NCBI GenBank assembly: GCA_964016885.1
Contig: OZ024742.1
Coordinates: 79,050,001 to 79,114,000 of the forward strand
DNA from: Eledone cirrhosa
Taxonomy: Eukaryota
DNA: 64,000 nucleotides
Direction: 5' to 3'
The translations under genes and the position numbers were made by a program. Shown in pieces: positions 37,225 to 51,350 of the stretch. The notes under the pieces are model-generated. The model saw nothing but the letters and a program-made list of their open reading frames with translations, had not been told where the DNA came from and did no database searches. The first letter of the stretch is position 1. The number at the start of each line of letters is the position of its first letter.

Positions 37225-37520
37225 TCCGTGATGGTGACATAAGAGAAAGCACATGGTCGACACTGTAACATGGTCATTTCGGTACTACCACAAAAAGAAC
37301 CAAGTCAACAATGTAACATAGTCATTTCGGCACTACCACAAAAAGAACCAATGTAACATGGTTGGTAGTAGGAAGAGCATCCAGCCATAAAAACCAAGCC
37401 AAAATACAGATCCATATGAGCAAGACGTGGTCTCTGGACCTGACTTCTCTCATAAGGTGACAACCCGTCTAACTCATGTAAGTGTAGAAAATGGGTGTTA
37501 AACGATGATGATGATAATGA
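37225..37520 (+). mobile_element. RTE 3' UTR fragment with a ~46-bp unit duplication
   Basis: tgtaacatggtcatttcggtactaccacaaaaagaaccaa occurs twice, followed by the RTE terminus. Confidence 0.75.
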
Positions 37521-38549
37521 TAATTTCCATGCAGGCATGGGTTGGATGGTCCATAATGGTCAAAGGTGGTTCTTATTTCAGAGTTATCATTCTCTGAAAT
37601 GGGTCAGCCACCACATCTTACTCATACATTGCATTTCTAGCATGGTTTCTATGGCCAGATGCTCTTCCAATGCCAGCCACCTTAGTGAACTCTCTATATA
37701 CATGAATATACTTATGTATGTTTGCTCTTGCATGTATGTATACTTAGAAGAATACACTCACATGCATGTATGTGTTTTCTAATGTATAAGTAAATATGTG
37801 TGTGTTATGTATGTGTATTTCAATGTATAAATGTGTGTGTATAATTCACATGTAATACACATGTCACATTCAAAGGCTTATGTGTAAACGTGTGTGCATG
37901 TGTTTGTTTGTATGTATCCACATGCACGTGTGAACATGTATAAATGCATATGGTTCAGTCTGTTTGTGTATGTATGTAATAGAGAAAAAGAAAAGCAAGG
38001 AATAACTTATCATATGACATACCATCTGGCAATACAGACATAAAAAACAGCTTTTGTTTGATGTTCACACATTAACTTTAATTTCTTTTAAATTTCATTA
38101 TCCTCATTATTCTCACCAGCATAGTAGTAGTAGTAGTAGTTGTTGTTGTAGTAATAGTAGTAGTAGTAGTAGTCAGATTCATCAATGTATCACTATTGTT
38201 TTAATATTATAGCTATTGTTCTTGTATAATGTACTCTAAAATAATGATTACCATTATAATTGATGCGGTTTTTTTTTTCTGTTGAGCAATAATAGTTTTC
38301 AGCATGTGTGAGTGTAGGCGTGTGTGTGTGTGGAGGGACACTTCCATAAAATGAAAAATAAAAAGAAGCACTATGAGAAAAGATATAAATCTACAGAGAC
38401 TGTGAACTCTAGATTTTTAGGGGATGCTTTTTTTATATATACACTGAGTTCAAGGAAAATGTGGTTGATAAGAACAATATCAAAGAGTAAATGATGATTT
38501 CAGTATTTTGCCACAAGGGCACAAGAGTCACAGACATTCAGCATCATCT

Positions 38550-38765
38550 TTTTTATGTCTGTTTCTTCACTGAGATTTCCTGGCACATCTTCATTCAGAG
38601 ATCATCATCCATGTGCATCACATGTACATACCAATGCAGTCTTCTCTCTTGCCCACCACTTTTGATTCCTCTTAAACCCAGTTTCTCCATCTGTTCATCC
38701 AAGCTTAGCCTTTCTCTCATATATTCATTGCACATCCAGGTGTCTATTTCTGCTCTCTTCCCGAT
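38550..38765 (-). mobile_element. Old RTE fragment
   Basis: Translation WMCNEYMRERLSLDEQMEKLGLRGIKSGGQERRLHWYVHVMHMDD. Confidence 0.85.
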
Positions 38766-38769
38766 TGAG

Positions 38770-39185
38770 CACTGTTTTTCTTTTACCTTTTTACACCTAT
38801 GGATATTGCTAAACGATCTAACAGTCAATATTGAAGCCAGAGAGCAAATTGTGGGCAATTTAAGAATAAAGGAAGCCTTGCTTATACATAGACTCAACCC
38901 ACAAATCAATAACAGAATGGAACTCATTACTTGACATAAAAGGCCACACCCACACATAACCTAAATACAACAATTTACACAAGAAATTCAATTCCATGAG
39001 ATATTACATATGGCAATTGATGACATCCTCTTGCTTCTCATAAATACCACAGCAAACATCATGGCAGTGGATTATAAATTTTAAATTTAAATCTAATTTC
39101 AAAGTGAATAGACTGGAACATCTTTTCTCCGAGAGTTGCTTATACTTTCATGAAGGGAATTTTAAGTCCCGAAATATTAAGACAA
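38770..39185 (+). mobile_element. Penelope-like element 3' relic (GIY-YIG C-terminus and decayed hammerhead)
   Basis: Translation DLTVNIEAREQIVGNLRIKEALLIHRLNPQINNR. Downstream, tcatgaaGGGAattttaagTCCCgaaa at 39148-39174 looks like a mutated hammerhead core. Confidence 0.72.
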
Positions 39186-39289
39186 AAGACACAACAAAAA
39201 AAAAAAAGATTACTAACTTTTTAGTTGTTTTCATCTTACCATCTATTTTACATTCTTAAATATATCACCTTCTTAAATATATCACTTTC

Positions 39290-39323
<34 letters not shown>

Positions 39324-39332
<9 letters not shown>

Positions 39333-39920
39333 TGAATATAAAAGAAAAACGAACACAGATATATACATATATGTGTTCAAATCGCAAGGGACCAGATTCG
39401 CTAAGGTGAAAAGAATACTAACTATAGACAATAGGGTTTGCCAGACTCAATTTATGAATAAATCAAGAAAATAAATACAAACCGGAATTGTGGTAAATAC
39501 CAATCACCCAGACAGTTTTGGTAATGTTGTTTCGCAAAATTAATTGTGAAGAGGAATACCGATTCTTGCTCATCAGTGAGTGAAGAATTAGCAAGAATCG
39601 GTATTCCTCTTCACAAGTAATTTTGCGAAACAGTATTACCAAAGTTGTCTGGGTGATTGGTAGTTACCACAATTCCGGTTTGTATTTATTTTCTTGATTT
39701 ATTCTTAAATTGAGTCTGGCAAACCCTATTGTCTATAGTTAGTATTCTTTTCACCTTAGTGAATCTGGTCCCTTGCGATTTGAACACATATATGTATATA
39801 TCTGTGTTTGATTTTCTTTTATATTCAATTATAATATACGGCTTGGAAAAATCTCTTTCCTAGAGCTATTTTATTGTAAGAGACTATTTTGAGTTTCTAA
39901 CTCAATATATACCTTTGATA
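39324..39920. mobile_element. Penelope-like terminal remnant forming a near-perfect palindrome
   Basis: Arms 39324-39570 and 39590-39836 (~247 bp) with a 19-nt spacer. Contains a hammerhead; (TA)n flanks. Confidence 0.8.
39504..39583 (-). ncRNA. Type I hammerhead ribozyme
   Basis: Minus strand: UCACUCA-CUGAUGA-GCAAGA..UUUUGC-GAAA-CA..UG-UC^UGGGUGA. 7-bp stem I, 6-bp stem II, GUC cleavage triplet. Confidence 0.8.
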
Positions 39921-40224
39921 TATATATCATCATCATCGTTTTACGTCCGCTCTTCCAGGCTAGCATGGGTTAGACGGGTTGTCCTGTTGTGAGCTGTAGC
40001 CGGTCGGCTGAACATGCCTTGCTCATACGGGAACATATATATATATATGCTGTATATATGTGTGCGTGTATATAAATACATATATACATACATATATAGA
40101 GAGAGGTAATATATGTACTTATATATGTGTATGTGTGTGTGCATGTGTAGCAATATTCATATATATGAAAAAGGAAAACTGCAGAATCAGGAAGAGAGCA
40201 TAAATATTATATTATTTATATTCA

Positions 40225-40475
40225 TTCATGGAACAAATGTATGGATGATGAACGCTGGGTGAAGAAGTGGTAGGAAATCCAAGTGGAAAGATGCCACAGT
40301 AGAGGTAGACCAAGAAAGATCTGGGCAGAGTTGATGAGAACCAATCTCAAGTTGTTGAGACTCAGAGAGGAGATGACAAAGGAATGCATTGAGTGGAGAG
40401 ATGCTGTGCTGTAAAGGACCCATCCAACCCATGCAAGCGTGGAAAAACTGACATAAAACTGAGTGATGATGATGT
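40225..40475 (+). mobile_element. Old RTE 3' end, short-UTR subfamily
   Basis: Translation RGRPRKIWAELMRTNLKLLRL; terminus ccaacccatgcaagcgtggaaaa..gatgatg. Confidence 0.85.
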
Positions 40476-43400
40476 TCATGATGATGTGTGTGTGTGTGTG
40501 TGTGTGCATATGTGTAGATATATATGTATACATACATAACTATGACTTAATTGCCTTAACTTGCAAACAAATCTACACCAAACCAATGCTATACACGAAC
40601 TCCATCCAACAAGAATATACACCAACCATCTAATAGATACTTCACTAGACATAAAGGAAGACCAAACATCCTCTTCAAAATCAAACCTAAACAGTTGCAG
40701 CCTAACAGCAACCAAACCTACAACAATTACTGGTATGAGGGCAATAGACACCATTAGGCAGCAGCAGTTGTAATTTGTTGTTTCTATACCACTATCAGAT
40801 TATGTAATTGGAATCAACTACTACCCTATTATGTACTTGTTCTGATTGACACACAATGATAACAATCAGTAGAAATAATCTCCAACAATAAACCCACATT
40901 AAATGTGTATAGATGCCAAAACACTCACTGAAATAAGCCACAAACTTAATAAAATCCAGAACCAACTATACCGAAACCATTAACGTAATCCAACCCCTTC
41001 AAGAAATCAACATCACGCTTAACGAATGGATAAACCCGAACAAATTAAATAACATCAAACCACAATCATGGTGAACCCTTTAAATAAACTTCCCCCAGTC
41101 TACCCATTAACTTAACCAATAGAATAGGAATATATAACAGCTTCAAATGAAAAATTAATCAATATCACCTCGCAGAATTTAATACGCACCAAGAGAAACT
41201 TGAATCATTTTTTTTATTCACACTCTCTAAATTGTTTTTGTTTTTTGTTACACATGGAAACCCAAATCGTGTATGCATATATATATATATATATATAGTA
41301 AGCAAATTATGTTGCTTCTATGTGTGTATGAGTGTATGCATGTGTGTAAGAGAATACACATACACATATTATATAATGTAAAAAAAAACAATCCATTATA
41401 TAATATGTGTATCTATGAGTATGGGTTATTTGATTAGGTTTATGCACATATCTATATGTGTGCATGTGTGTGTATATACAAAGACAATCAAATAAGGCAT
41501 ACATACCTTTATATATATTATGTATATATGATTTTTCACACACATATATAGACATACATACACACACACACACATATATATATGAATGCATATGTAAATA
41601 TGTACATTTGCACACATACACAAACCTATATAGATATATGTGAACATGCACACAAACAAACAGCTTCTCTCTAAAGTACTTTCTGGATATAATAACATTC
41701 TGGTATTAATCACATTAGCTAGCTGGCATCAGTTTCTATGGTAATTAGTGCCGGCACATTAATGGAGATTCCAAGAAAACGAACAGAATAATGAGGACGT
41801 GGAGGATGGCGGTAAGCAGAAGAGTAGTAGCAGGAGTAGGAGTAGAAGTAGAACTATGTCTTCAGCACTTAAATGCCATCTTAAAGAAGATATTAGTTTT
41901 AAATTTGATAAGAAGAAAATAAACAAAATTCAGATGCCAGAAGTGTTTAAGAAATAAAATATAAAAGGAAAAAAAACACACAAACAAAGGTTAAAAATAT
42001 AAAACAAAGAATAATAAGCAAAACATAAGTGACTAGGATAGTTGCCAACATCATGTGTGTAGGACATCACAGTGTGTGTGTGTGTTAAGTTACACAACAG
42101 GTATCGATTTAACTAGTGGTTGTCAGCCATGACATAACACCTACCTACAGTAAGTACCATTGGCAGTAAATAGGGATATAGCAAATAACATTCCCTTTAA
42201 GAATTGGTGCTCCTAACTTTTCCATTTTTTAAAAATTACAATACACTTTAGAGCAAATAAAAATATGTTAGCACATTTTGTGCATAAAGTCAAAACATGT
42301 ATTTAAAAAAAAAACAAAAACAATGCATTCATATATATTTTAGTGTATAAATATAGATGATTTCAAATACAGAAAATTAAGTAGTTACTTCTTTTTTTAT
42401 GCAATGAATTAAGTATAATTATCAAGACTATATTTAGAATTTTAGTTTGTATTTCTCACATAATATATATTTTATTATTGTTATGGTGCATCGATCTACA
42501 ACTTACATCACACCAATATGTTGTACCACTGTACACCATATAGGTTTGAATACTTTAAACAGCTCATGAGTATGTGTGTCCACATCTGTATCTTATGCAG
42601 CATCTATTCTAAATGTCAGGAGAAAAGGCACTTATGACCCTTTTCAAGGCTTCTATGATTGGTAGGTGAAAGGGAAAAAGGTATCTTCAAACTGCCATCC
42701 TGGCCCAAAAGCCTGTAAAAGAGTGGACTCCACATTTGAGGGCCAGGTGGTGGTGTTAAACTGAGTAAATAAGCCAAGCTGGGATTTGAACTCGCAATGC
42801 AAAGTGCCAGAACAAATACTGCAAGGCATTCTCTGAGGCTCAGGAGATTCTACCATTTCAATACTCTCAATTGGTACTTTATCACTTTCCCCTGCTTGAG
42901 GGATGAAAGGCAAAGTTGACCTTGGTGGGAATAGAACTTAGAACATAAGGAACTGGAAAAAACACTACAGATATTTCATCTAAACAATACTGCCAATTCA
43001 CTGAATAGGAAAGAAAAACATTAAGCCATATTTGTTTGAAGTTAGTGCAATAGTTTCCAAGCTCATGTTGATAGATGGCCATATTTAGTGCTCTGTTAAT
43101 GATCCTGCATACAGAAGATAGAAAATTGTATGCAAAATTTATGACTCTATGACATGTGCATTTCAAAATTACTTTGAATATGTTCAACCTTTATATGCAC
43201 TCAGAGAATTCTGAGAGCACATACGTATTACTGTTGCTGGGAACATTTTATACACATAATATATTTGTACATGTAAAATAAATACTAAGAAGTGAAGATG
43301 ATTGCCTAGTGGTGGTGGTGATGGGTGTTGAACATTATTAGATTTACAGAACTAATCTATAACACATTAGAAGCATTGGTCAAATGTCAAAGTTGTAAAA

Positions 43401-43681
43401 GAATATATATGTATGCTTATATATTTGGAATGTGTAAATAAAAGAAGACATTTACAAGTACAAATATTGCACCAGCTGCATATGATAAATAATTATATTC
43501 TTCAATATGCATTAAGTATTTTTACATTATATTTGTAAAACGATATATACACATACACATACATGTGTATATATATATGTGTGTGTGTGTGTATATATAT
43601 ATATGTGTGTCTGTGTGTGTGTATATGTGCATGAAATATCAATATATTTCCATATATATTATCATTATCAAATGCGTAGAT

Positions 43682-43732
<51 letters not shown>

Positions 43733-44764
43733 GCACACACAAAAATATTATTATTTTAGATACATCTTACATGAGGGACGTTCCTTTCAACGGGTGTTGA
43801 ATGGAGACAGCTAACATTTTGGCATATAGCAGACATGATTTTGATTCCCACAAGTGACATAGCCCAATTTTTACCATCTCTAGGGGCTTTTAAACCCAAC
43901 TTGTTTGACTATTTAATATCCATACCTGAGTTGTAGCATCTTACAATAAGCTAATGTTGTGCAAGATAGAGAGAGAGAGAGATAATGAGATATATATATA
44001 TAGAGAGAGAATAAGAGATATAGAGAGAGGTTGAAGAGAAGGAAGAGGGAGAAAAGGGAGAGAAAGAGAAAGAGGGATACAATTTGTTATAAAAACCTAC
44101 AGTGTTACAGATCAAATATTAAATGTGAATAATTATTCTAACATTGGTAGAAGGCAGATATTTGAAGCGGAGAGAGGAGTCGATTGTACCGACCCCAGTA
44201 CTTACTTTAAGTTATCGAGCCCAGAAGGATGACAGGCAAAATTGATCTCAGCAAGATTTGAAATCTAGAGGGCTATAATGAAATATTGCTCGGCATTTCA
44301 ACTGATGAACTAATAATTCCACCAATCCACTGAAATATTGCAATGCATTTCATCTGCTGCACTAACAATTCTACCAATCTACCACCTTTTTCATTTGAAT
44401 AAATATAACAAAGATATTAAGATATTACATGAGAAATATTCATTTGGTCCTCATATTTCAGGTAAAATATCCCTCTTCAGAGGATTTAAGCTAACAAAAG
44501 ATAGACATGATTATTTCATATTTATTACCTTGGCTATTAAATTATATTTTTTATTGTTATTATCAATATTTAATGTCTAAACTCCATTGCTATAGCTTTC
44601 TAGCTAACCACAAAATTCAGCCTCATAAGGTCACATTGAACCCATGCCAGCATGGAAAAAGGGATGTAAAAATGAAGTTGATGATTGATGATGATAATAC
44701 AAAACATTCAGCTCAGATTGAAAAGCATCAATATTCATACAAGCTAACTACTTCTGTTGACAAC

Positions 44765-45210
44765 AAACATTTTTCTTAATGAATGAAAGGTAGACTGTAT
44801 GGAAGTGAAACATGGACAGTAAATACAGAAGGTATGTAGCATTGGGAGAGAAATTAAGTGAGCATGCTTTGATGGGTGTATGATGTTAATGTGCATGAAA
44901 GTGAAGCTTGGACGAGCTGGGAGAGAAACTAAGTCTATGAGGAATAACATAGGGTGTGCAACAGAGAAGACTGTGTGAGTATGGTCATGTAATACATACA
45001 GATGATGATCATAGTGAGAAGAATTGCCAGGAGTTTCCTGTAGTATGAACCTTCAGTAGAGGAAAATGAATAAAGATCTGTGCAGGTGTGGTGTAAGCAG
45101 ATATCAAAGCACTGAAACCCACAGAGAAGATGATACAGTGGAAAGAAGCTGAGTTGGTAAAGGTCCATCCAACCCATGCAAACATAGAAAAATAGACATG
45201 ATGATGATAG
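44765..45210 (+). mobile_element. Old RTE 3' fragment
   Basis: GSETW motif, RRL..YGHV-like segment and the RTE terminus. Confidence 0.75.
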
Positions 45211-48000
45211 ACATCATTTGCAAATGTAAAATTTCATGCTGACATGAATTGATTAGACAGGTTTGCAAAACACCAGCCTTTCAATAGGAATCAACATCCA
45301 ACAATTCTCACCTCTATAGTACCTGCGCTGAACAAGCTGACTCTTTCAATGTATTCATTTCCAGACACATACATTATTTATACACACATGCACACAGAGG
45401 TATATATATATATATACGCCTGTGTGTGTACATGTCTATGACTATGTATATCTCTGTGTGTATGTCTATGTGTTAGTGTGCGTGTATATATATATATATG
45501 CACACTAACAGTCATATACACACAGATATACCCATACACAGACATATGCACACACAGACACACATGGACAGACGCACACACACAAAGACATACAGAGACA
45601 GACACACACACATACACACAGTCAGGTAATATTTATAGACACTTAGAAGAAGTTGTGCTCACTGTTAGGTTAGTTGGCTGGTAAAGAGAGAAAGAAACTA
45701 GAAAAGTGCAGACAAATGACCCCCCCCCCTCCCCCCTCCAAAAATATAATAATAAAACAACAGATAAATAAACAAACATGCCATGATATATTGGATATGT
45801 AAAATTCTGAAATAACTCGTTAGTGCATAATGAATCACCTTTGTTAAAGAAAAAGGAGGCTAAAAACTTGAAGATAATACTTTATTTAGGAGACACCATT
45901 GATATGGTTTCTTTCCTGAGCCATTAGTCTTTGCTTTACTTTTTATTGTGTTTTTGTTGTTTTAACCTCCTCTAGACAGGAATAGGGTATATAATGGATT
46001 GACATCTATTTGCAATAAACTAAAGGCATATTTCATTTTAGTAACTCCACCCACCTGGAAAGATGAAAGGTATAAAAAATATTCCTCTTTTAGGATTTCA
46101 ACTGACTTTTACACAGTGAAACTGTAGAAAGAATAAAAGTACAGACGTGAAATACATAATGCAGTTGTATATCCTGTAATAGATTTATACCTTAACTCTG
46201 TACACTACTAATTTATAATCAACAGCTTTTTTATCTTAGAGCTATGAACGTTTGAAGGTAGCGAAAGGAGTAGTTTTATTTTTCTATGTTTTAATTTTTT
46301 ATAAATAAATAAATATATGTTGATAAGAAACAATGATATATATCATTTTCTTACAACTTCAGATCTTAACAATTACGCAGTATAAATACTTTGTATGGTA
46401 CTGACCAACAATATCACATTTCTATTTATTACCTAGAAATAGTGAACAGACAGAAAATAGTGAAACACAATATGGTGGGCTGAACGCTATAATGAAATTA
46501 AAGCTAGGTGTCGATGGGACAGTATTTAAAAATGGTGTAAATAATATGATATATATAGATGATGATGATGATATATATATATATATATGGTGCTATTACA
46601 GAGTGGATTATTATGTAATATGTTATGTATATGTGTGTATTTTCTGGAATAGTTTAGTCATGGTAGAACTGTATCAATGATCTTTTATATACCACCTGGC
46701 ACTGGTAGAAAGGTGGGACAAAGGCAACCTCAAATGTGAGACCTAGCCCAAACGGCTAGCTATAGAGTGGACTTTGCTGAAGGCACTTGAGGGCTAGGTG
46801 ACAGTGTTAAAGCTGGCAATGGATTAAGTTTACCACCCAAGTAGGATATGACAAAATTTAACATAAGCACCAGTCTGGTGAGCTTCGAGGTTCCATACAA
46901 ACTAAAAGCACAAAAGGCAAACTTAACCTCAAAATGCAAAGAGCCAGTACAAATATCATGCTGCCAATTCACTGCCAAATATGGTATGATATAATTGTGT
47001 AAACATGGCAAATGATATGGAAAGTGATGCAGTTGTTTAGCAACTTAGCCCTTAATAAAGACCTGCAACCTCTAAAAACCCAAACGGGGAGTACTATGAG
47101 AGTAGTGCCCCAAAACAGGGAGAAGTGAGGTAAAATGGTAAGGTATAATGAAAGGTATACCCATTTTCACAAGAGAAGACAACTCTCACTCACCCTAAAG
47201 TGGGTGGGAGGTCTCCCCATTGGATGGTGTGAGTTGACAGGTCTGCTAGGGACACACGCATTCCACTATTTTATTTATATCTGTGATCACAGTATACAAT
47301 GGGTCCTTCCTTTTTGCTAAAACAGTAGAGATTTGCTATGAGAGGATTACTCAAGCTACTAGAAATAGCAACCAAATATCCTTCAAATTACACTATCATT
47401 ATAAAAGAAACTGGAAAAATATTGTATGACGACAAGCAAAAAGGTGACAGTTATACCTGGAATATTTTTTACCATGGTTCTGTTGGATCTCAATTAACCT
47501 ATGGCTAAACAACAATAACCAAACCATTGCTAGTTCTCTGAAGCAGAAAAAAAAGTGTTTCATTTAGAACTACAATTATGAGCAAACCAATTTAGAGTCA
47601 GGGAAATTGCCCAAGGATTGCAAGTATAACAGCGGCAATTTAAATGTTGCTGCCCTGTTAATAAGATGAGAAAATCTTATCAATCTATAAAGAGACAGGA
47701 AATTTTACTACAAAATGTTAGTTGAGTGTATTTTCTATTTACTTTGATGTTTTCACATTTTCATACTGACTGATAAGATGACAGAACAGTCTCTAATCTT
47801 TGACTCTTTCAGAAAAGTACATAAGTTACTGGGTTTATTATTTAGTTTCAGGTCAGCTTTGCCTGAGCAAACCTATGATCAAAAGTGTTCTAGTTCTGAC
47901 TATCCTTTTTCTTTTTTTAGATAAATGGCTTTGTATCAAAGAATTGAAGACAGTTTGATATGTGAGGTTAATATTATATTGTTAATATTATATTATTTAT

Positions 48001-48162
48001 GCGGTGGATTGGCAGTATCGGTAGAGGGTTGGACGCCATGCTTTGACGTATAGAGTTACGGCCCTTTCATCCTTTGCCTTTCATCCTTACGGGGTCGATA
48101 AAATAAAGTACGAGTAATGCACTGGGTAATTGCTGGCCTTGTGCCAAACGTAGAAACAATTA
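48001..48162 (+). mobile_element. SINE family A with the B-box segment deleted
   Basis: Head and core are present; the gagttcaaatccc segment is replaced by a short ctttcatcc duplication. Confidence 0.85.
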
Positions 48163-48317
48163 TATTGTTTATATGTCCTTTCTTTTCTAAGAGCATAGAG
48201 TGTGATCTGAGGGGGATTCAGCTGACGTTTTATCAGATCAACCATCCACATAGAGGTTAGCCCACTGGTTATTACTGATTGAGATGGTTGAATCTAATTT
48301 AACAAAAATATATTAGT

Positions 48318-48517
48318 NNNNNNNNNNNNNNNNNNNNNNNNNNNNNNNNNNNNNNNNNNNNNNNNNNNNNNNNNNNNNNNNNNNNNNNNNNNNNNNNNNN
48401 NNNNNNNNNNNNNNNNNNNNNNNNNNNNNNNNNNNNNNNNNNNNNNNNNNNNNNNNNNNNNNNNNNNNNNNNNNNNNNNNNNNNNNNNNNNNNNNNNNNN
48501 NNNNNNNNNNNNNNNNN
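48318..48517. other. Assembly gap (200 N)
   Basis: Run of N. Confidence 1.
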
Positions 48518-49575
48518 GAGTGATAAATATTGATAGAAATAGAAGGATTGTAGTGGCATTGATTATGACTAATACTTTTGTTTCTGAAACCCTTAACATA
48601 GATTGTTGTGAGCATATCTTGGGCATTTTTAAAATCTTGCAGAACCCATTCCTCTTCAGATTTGAGCACAGCTAATTCGTTTGAGATAGAGAGTGGGTAA
48701 AAAACAATGCTAATAATGCACTGGTACTTTATCAAGCCCAAAATGATGGAAGGCTATGTTGATCCTGGCAGGATTTGAAGGAAAAGTACAGATCATCAGA
48801 AAAAACACAGTAAGGCATTCTACCCACCACTCTAATGACTTAAACAGTATACCATCTTAATAACAACCAATAATATAGCAGAGGGAAAATTGCTCAGAGA
48901 TGCAATCTGCATATCAAATAAAATCACAGCATGGTGTCTCATATGTCTGTTGAAAATGATCAGATTGAATCCAATCTATATTGTCCAAAAATGTTAATCA
49001 ACTGATTTTATTAATGTTATCTCCCTTTGTATTTTTAAATTTTTAAACACACATGCAGTGTGCCTTTCTCTACTAATTCTTTAGATAATTTCGACATATT
49101 ACACATGAGAAACCCTACTATAATATATATAGAGACAGATAGATACTTAGTTCTTATATGCTCAGTCTTGTTGATTTTCTTCACATGTCTAACATTATTA
49201 TAGTACCTGTGTATAACATAACTTGCACTTATCAGCTGTCAAGTGGAGATCACAGAAAATTCAGGACCCTCCAACACTAAATCACTACTCCCTCCCTCCA
49301 CCTCTGCTGAACCATATTGACATGAAGCATTAATTTGAAACATTTCAAATATATCAGCTCATTAAGATATTGGCACATTACCTAATTATATAGTTAGCTA
49401 TATAATTAGACATGGGATATTATGAGAGGATTAATAGTAAAGTGGATCCAAGTGGAACTTGAAATCAGAAGTTATAGGGATGTATATGTTTTGTCCAGCA
49501 TTTAAAATAATTCTCACATTTCTCTACCACAAACATATATAAATAAATATAAATAAATAAATATAAATAAACATA

Positions 49576-49970
49576 TCATCATCATCATCATTTTATCATT
49601 TTACATCTGCTTTTCCCTGCTTGCAAGGGTGGGACGGGAACTGATTCTGGCTTGATTTCTACAGCTGGATGCCCTTTCTAACACCAACCTCATTTACAGT
49701 GAGTGCTGGGTGCTTTTTTTTCCGTGGTGCCTACACGTCCACTTTACAGTGAGTGCTGGGTGCTCTTTTGCCATGGCACCTCCACGACCACTTTGCAGTG
49801 GAATGATATGGACCCCAGTCCTATCATCACATTTCTACAGCTGAGTAAACTGGAGCAATGTGAAATAAAGTGTCTTGCTCAAGGAAACAACACATCACCC
49901 GGTCTGAGAATTGATCTCACAACCTTTCGATTGCAAGGCCAATGCTCTAACCACTAAGCCATGTGCCTTC
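49576..49970 (-). mobile_element. SINE family B with two copies of the ~47-bp unit
   Basis: tttacagtgagtgctgggtgct occurs twice, then the standard body and head. Confidence 0.9.
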
Positions 49971-50899
49971 ATCTATATATATATATATGTGTGTGTGTGT
50001 GGGGGGGGGGGGGTTAAAAAATCTCACATCTATCCATCACATATATATAATGACATGCATTGCTTATTATGCACACACACACAAGCCCACACACACAGAG
50101 CCATTCATCAATCAACCACGGATGTATATATTTACACAAGAAAAAAGAATTTTGATATAAATACAAATTCCAATATATATTAATCAATGAAGTCAACAGA
50201 TTTGTTTTCTAAATCAAATCAATAATGCAAATTTTTTTTTTTTTTTAAATGGAATGAATTAAATCTATGCAACATGTGCAGTATACAATGAGGACAAAGA
50301 CACACACATATATCTATGTAGCCATCGATCCTGTGTGTATCTGTATGAACCCACAACGTGTATTCATAGAAAGACTTTGCGCAAAAATAGAATTTAAAAC
50401 ATGTCTATTGTTTGACTTTTTTTCCTTTGTATATTTTAAGGTGTATGTATCAATGAGCATTATATTTAATATATACATTGTGTATTTCAGTATGTGAAAT
50501 ATATGTATTATGTACTCAGAATGTGTGTGCATTCATTATTTTTGTCTATTTTTCTATACTTGCAGCAGAGCATTCCCCCACTTGTCATTTTGCTTTGTCA
50601 TTTCTGTAGTGAGGCTTAGCTTTGTGAAATTTACTTTCACCAGTTTTGTTCAGGCCTTCTTCAGCCTACCTCTATTACATTGTGTACTGTATGCATCATA
50701 ATACATGCACAGTGTACTATATATATACTGTCTAACCATGCTAGAGTGGAAAATGGACGTTAAACGATGATGATGATATATATATATATATATATATTTC
50801 TACATATATATATATGTATGTAAAAGGTACAGTATATGGAAGGAATATATTAGTGTAACGCTTGAAATAGTACCTTTCATTGTATATCCACCTACTAAA

Positions 50900-51350
50900 C
50901 ACAACTATAACTGTGCCTAACAGACTGGCGCTTCCATTCAAATATAGAAAATACTACAGCCCCCAGCAATCTCTGACCCTCTACAATACTCATGTAAAAC
51001 CTACAATGGTGTGGTACTCCTACATCTGGGTAGGTGGTGCGGCTTCTACAGATATAACCTTGACTACATCCAGTAAAAAAACCATTCAACTGATTGGCAT
51101 AAAGTCACTGGCAAGCATACTCCAGCCTCCAGCCAACATCTCTACTGCTACTCCAACAACATTGGCTCCAAAGAGCTCGCTGATCTCATGCCACCTTTAC
51201 TCAGCCTCTCCAGCCTCACATGTCTCTCTTACTCTCACCACCAATATTGTATCCAACTCCCCAAAATGACACCCCTTGGGAATTTTTTCCCTGCACAGGT
51301 CTTTCATGCAGGAAATGATTTGCATCAATTTAAACTTAACATTAATGGCT
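50900..51350 (+). mobile_element. Degenerate CR1/L2/Jockey-group LINE, RT thumb region
   Basis: Translation KYYSPQQSLTLYNTHVKPTMVWYSYIWVGGAAST..KKTIQLIG..LASILQP resembles L.LY...RP.LEY.S.IW. Confidence 0.7.

Noticed and set aside
48294-48741. ORFs spanning X residues
   Set aside because: Artefacts of the N gap.
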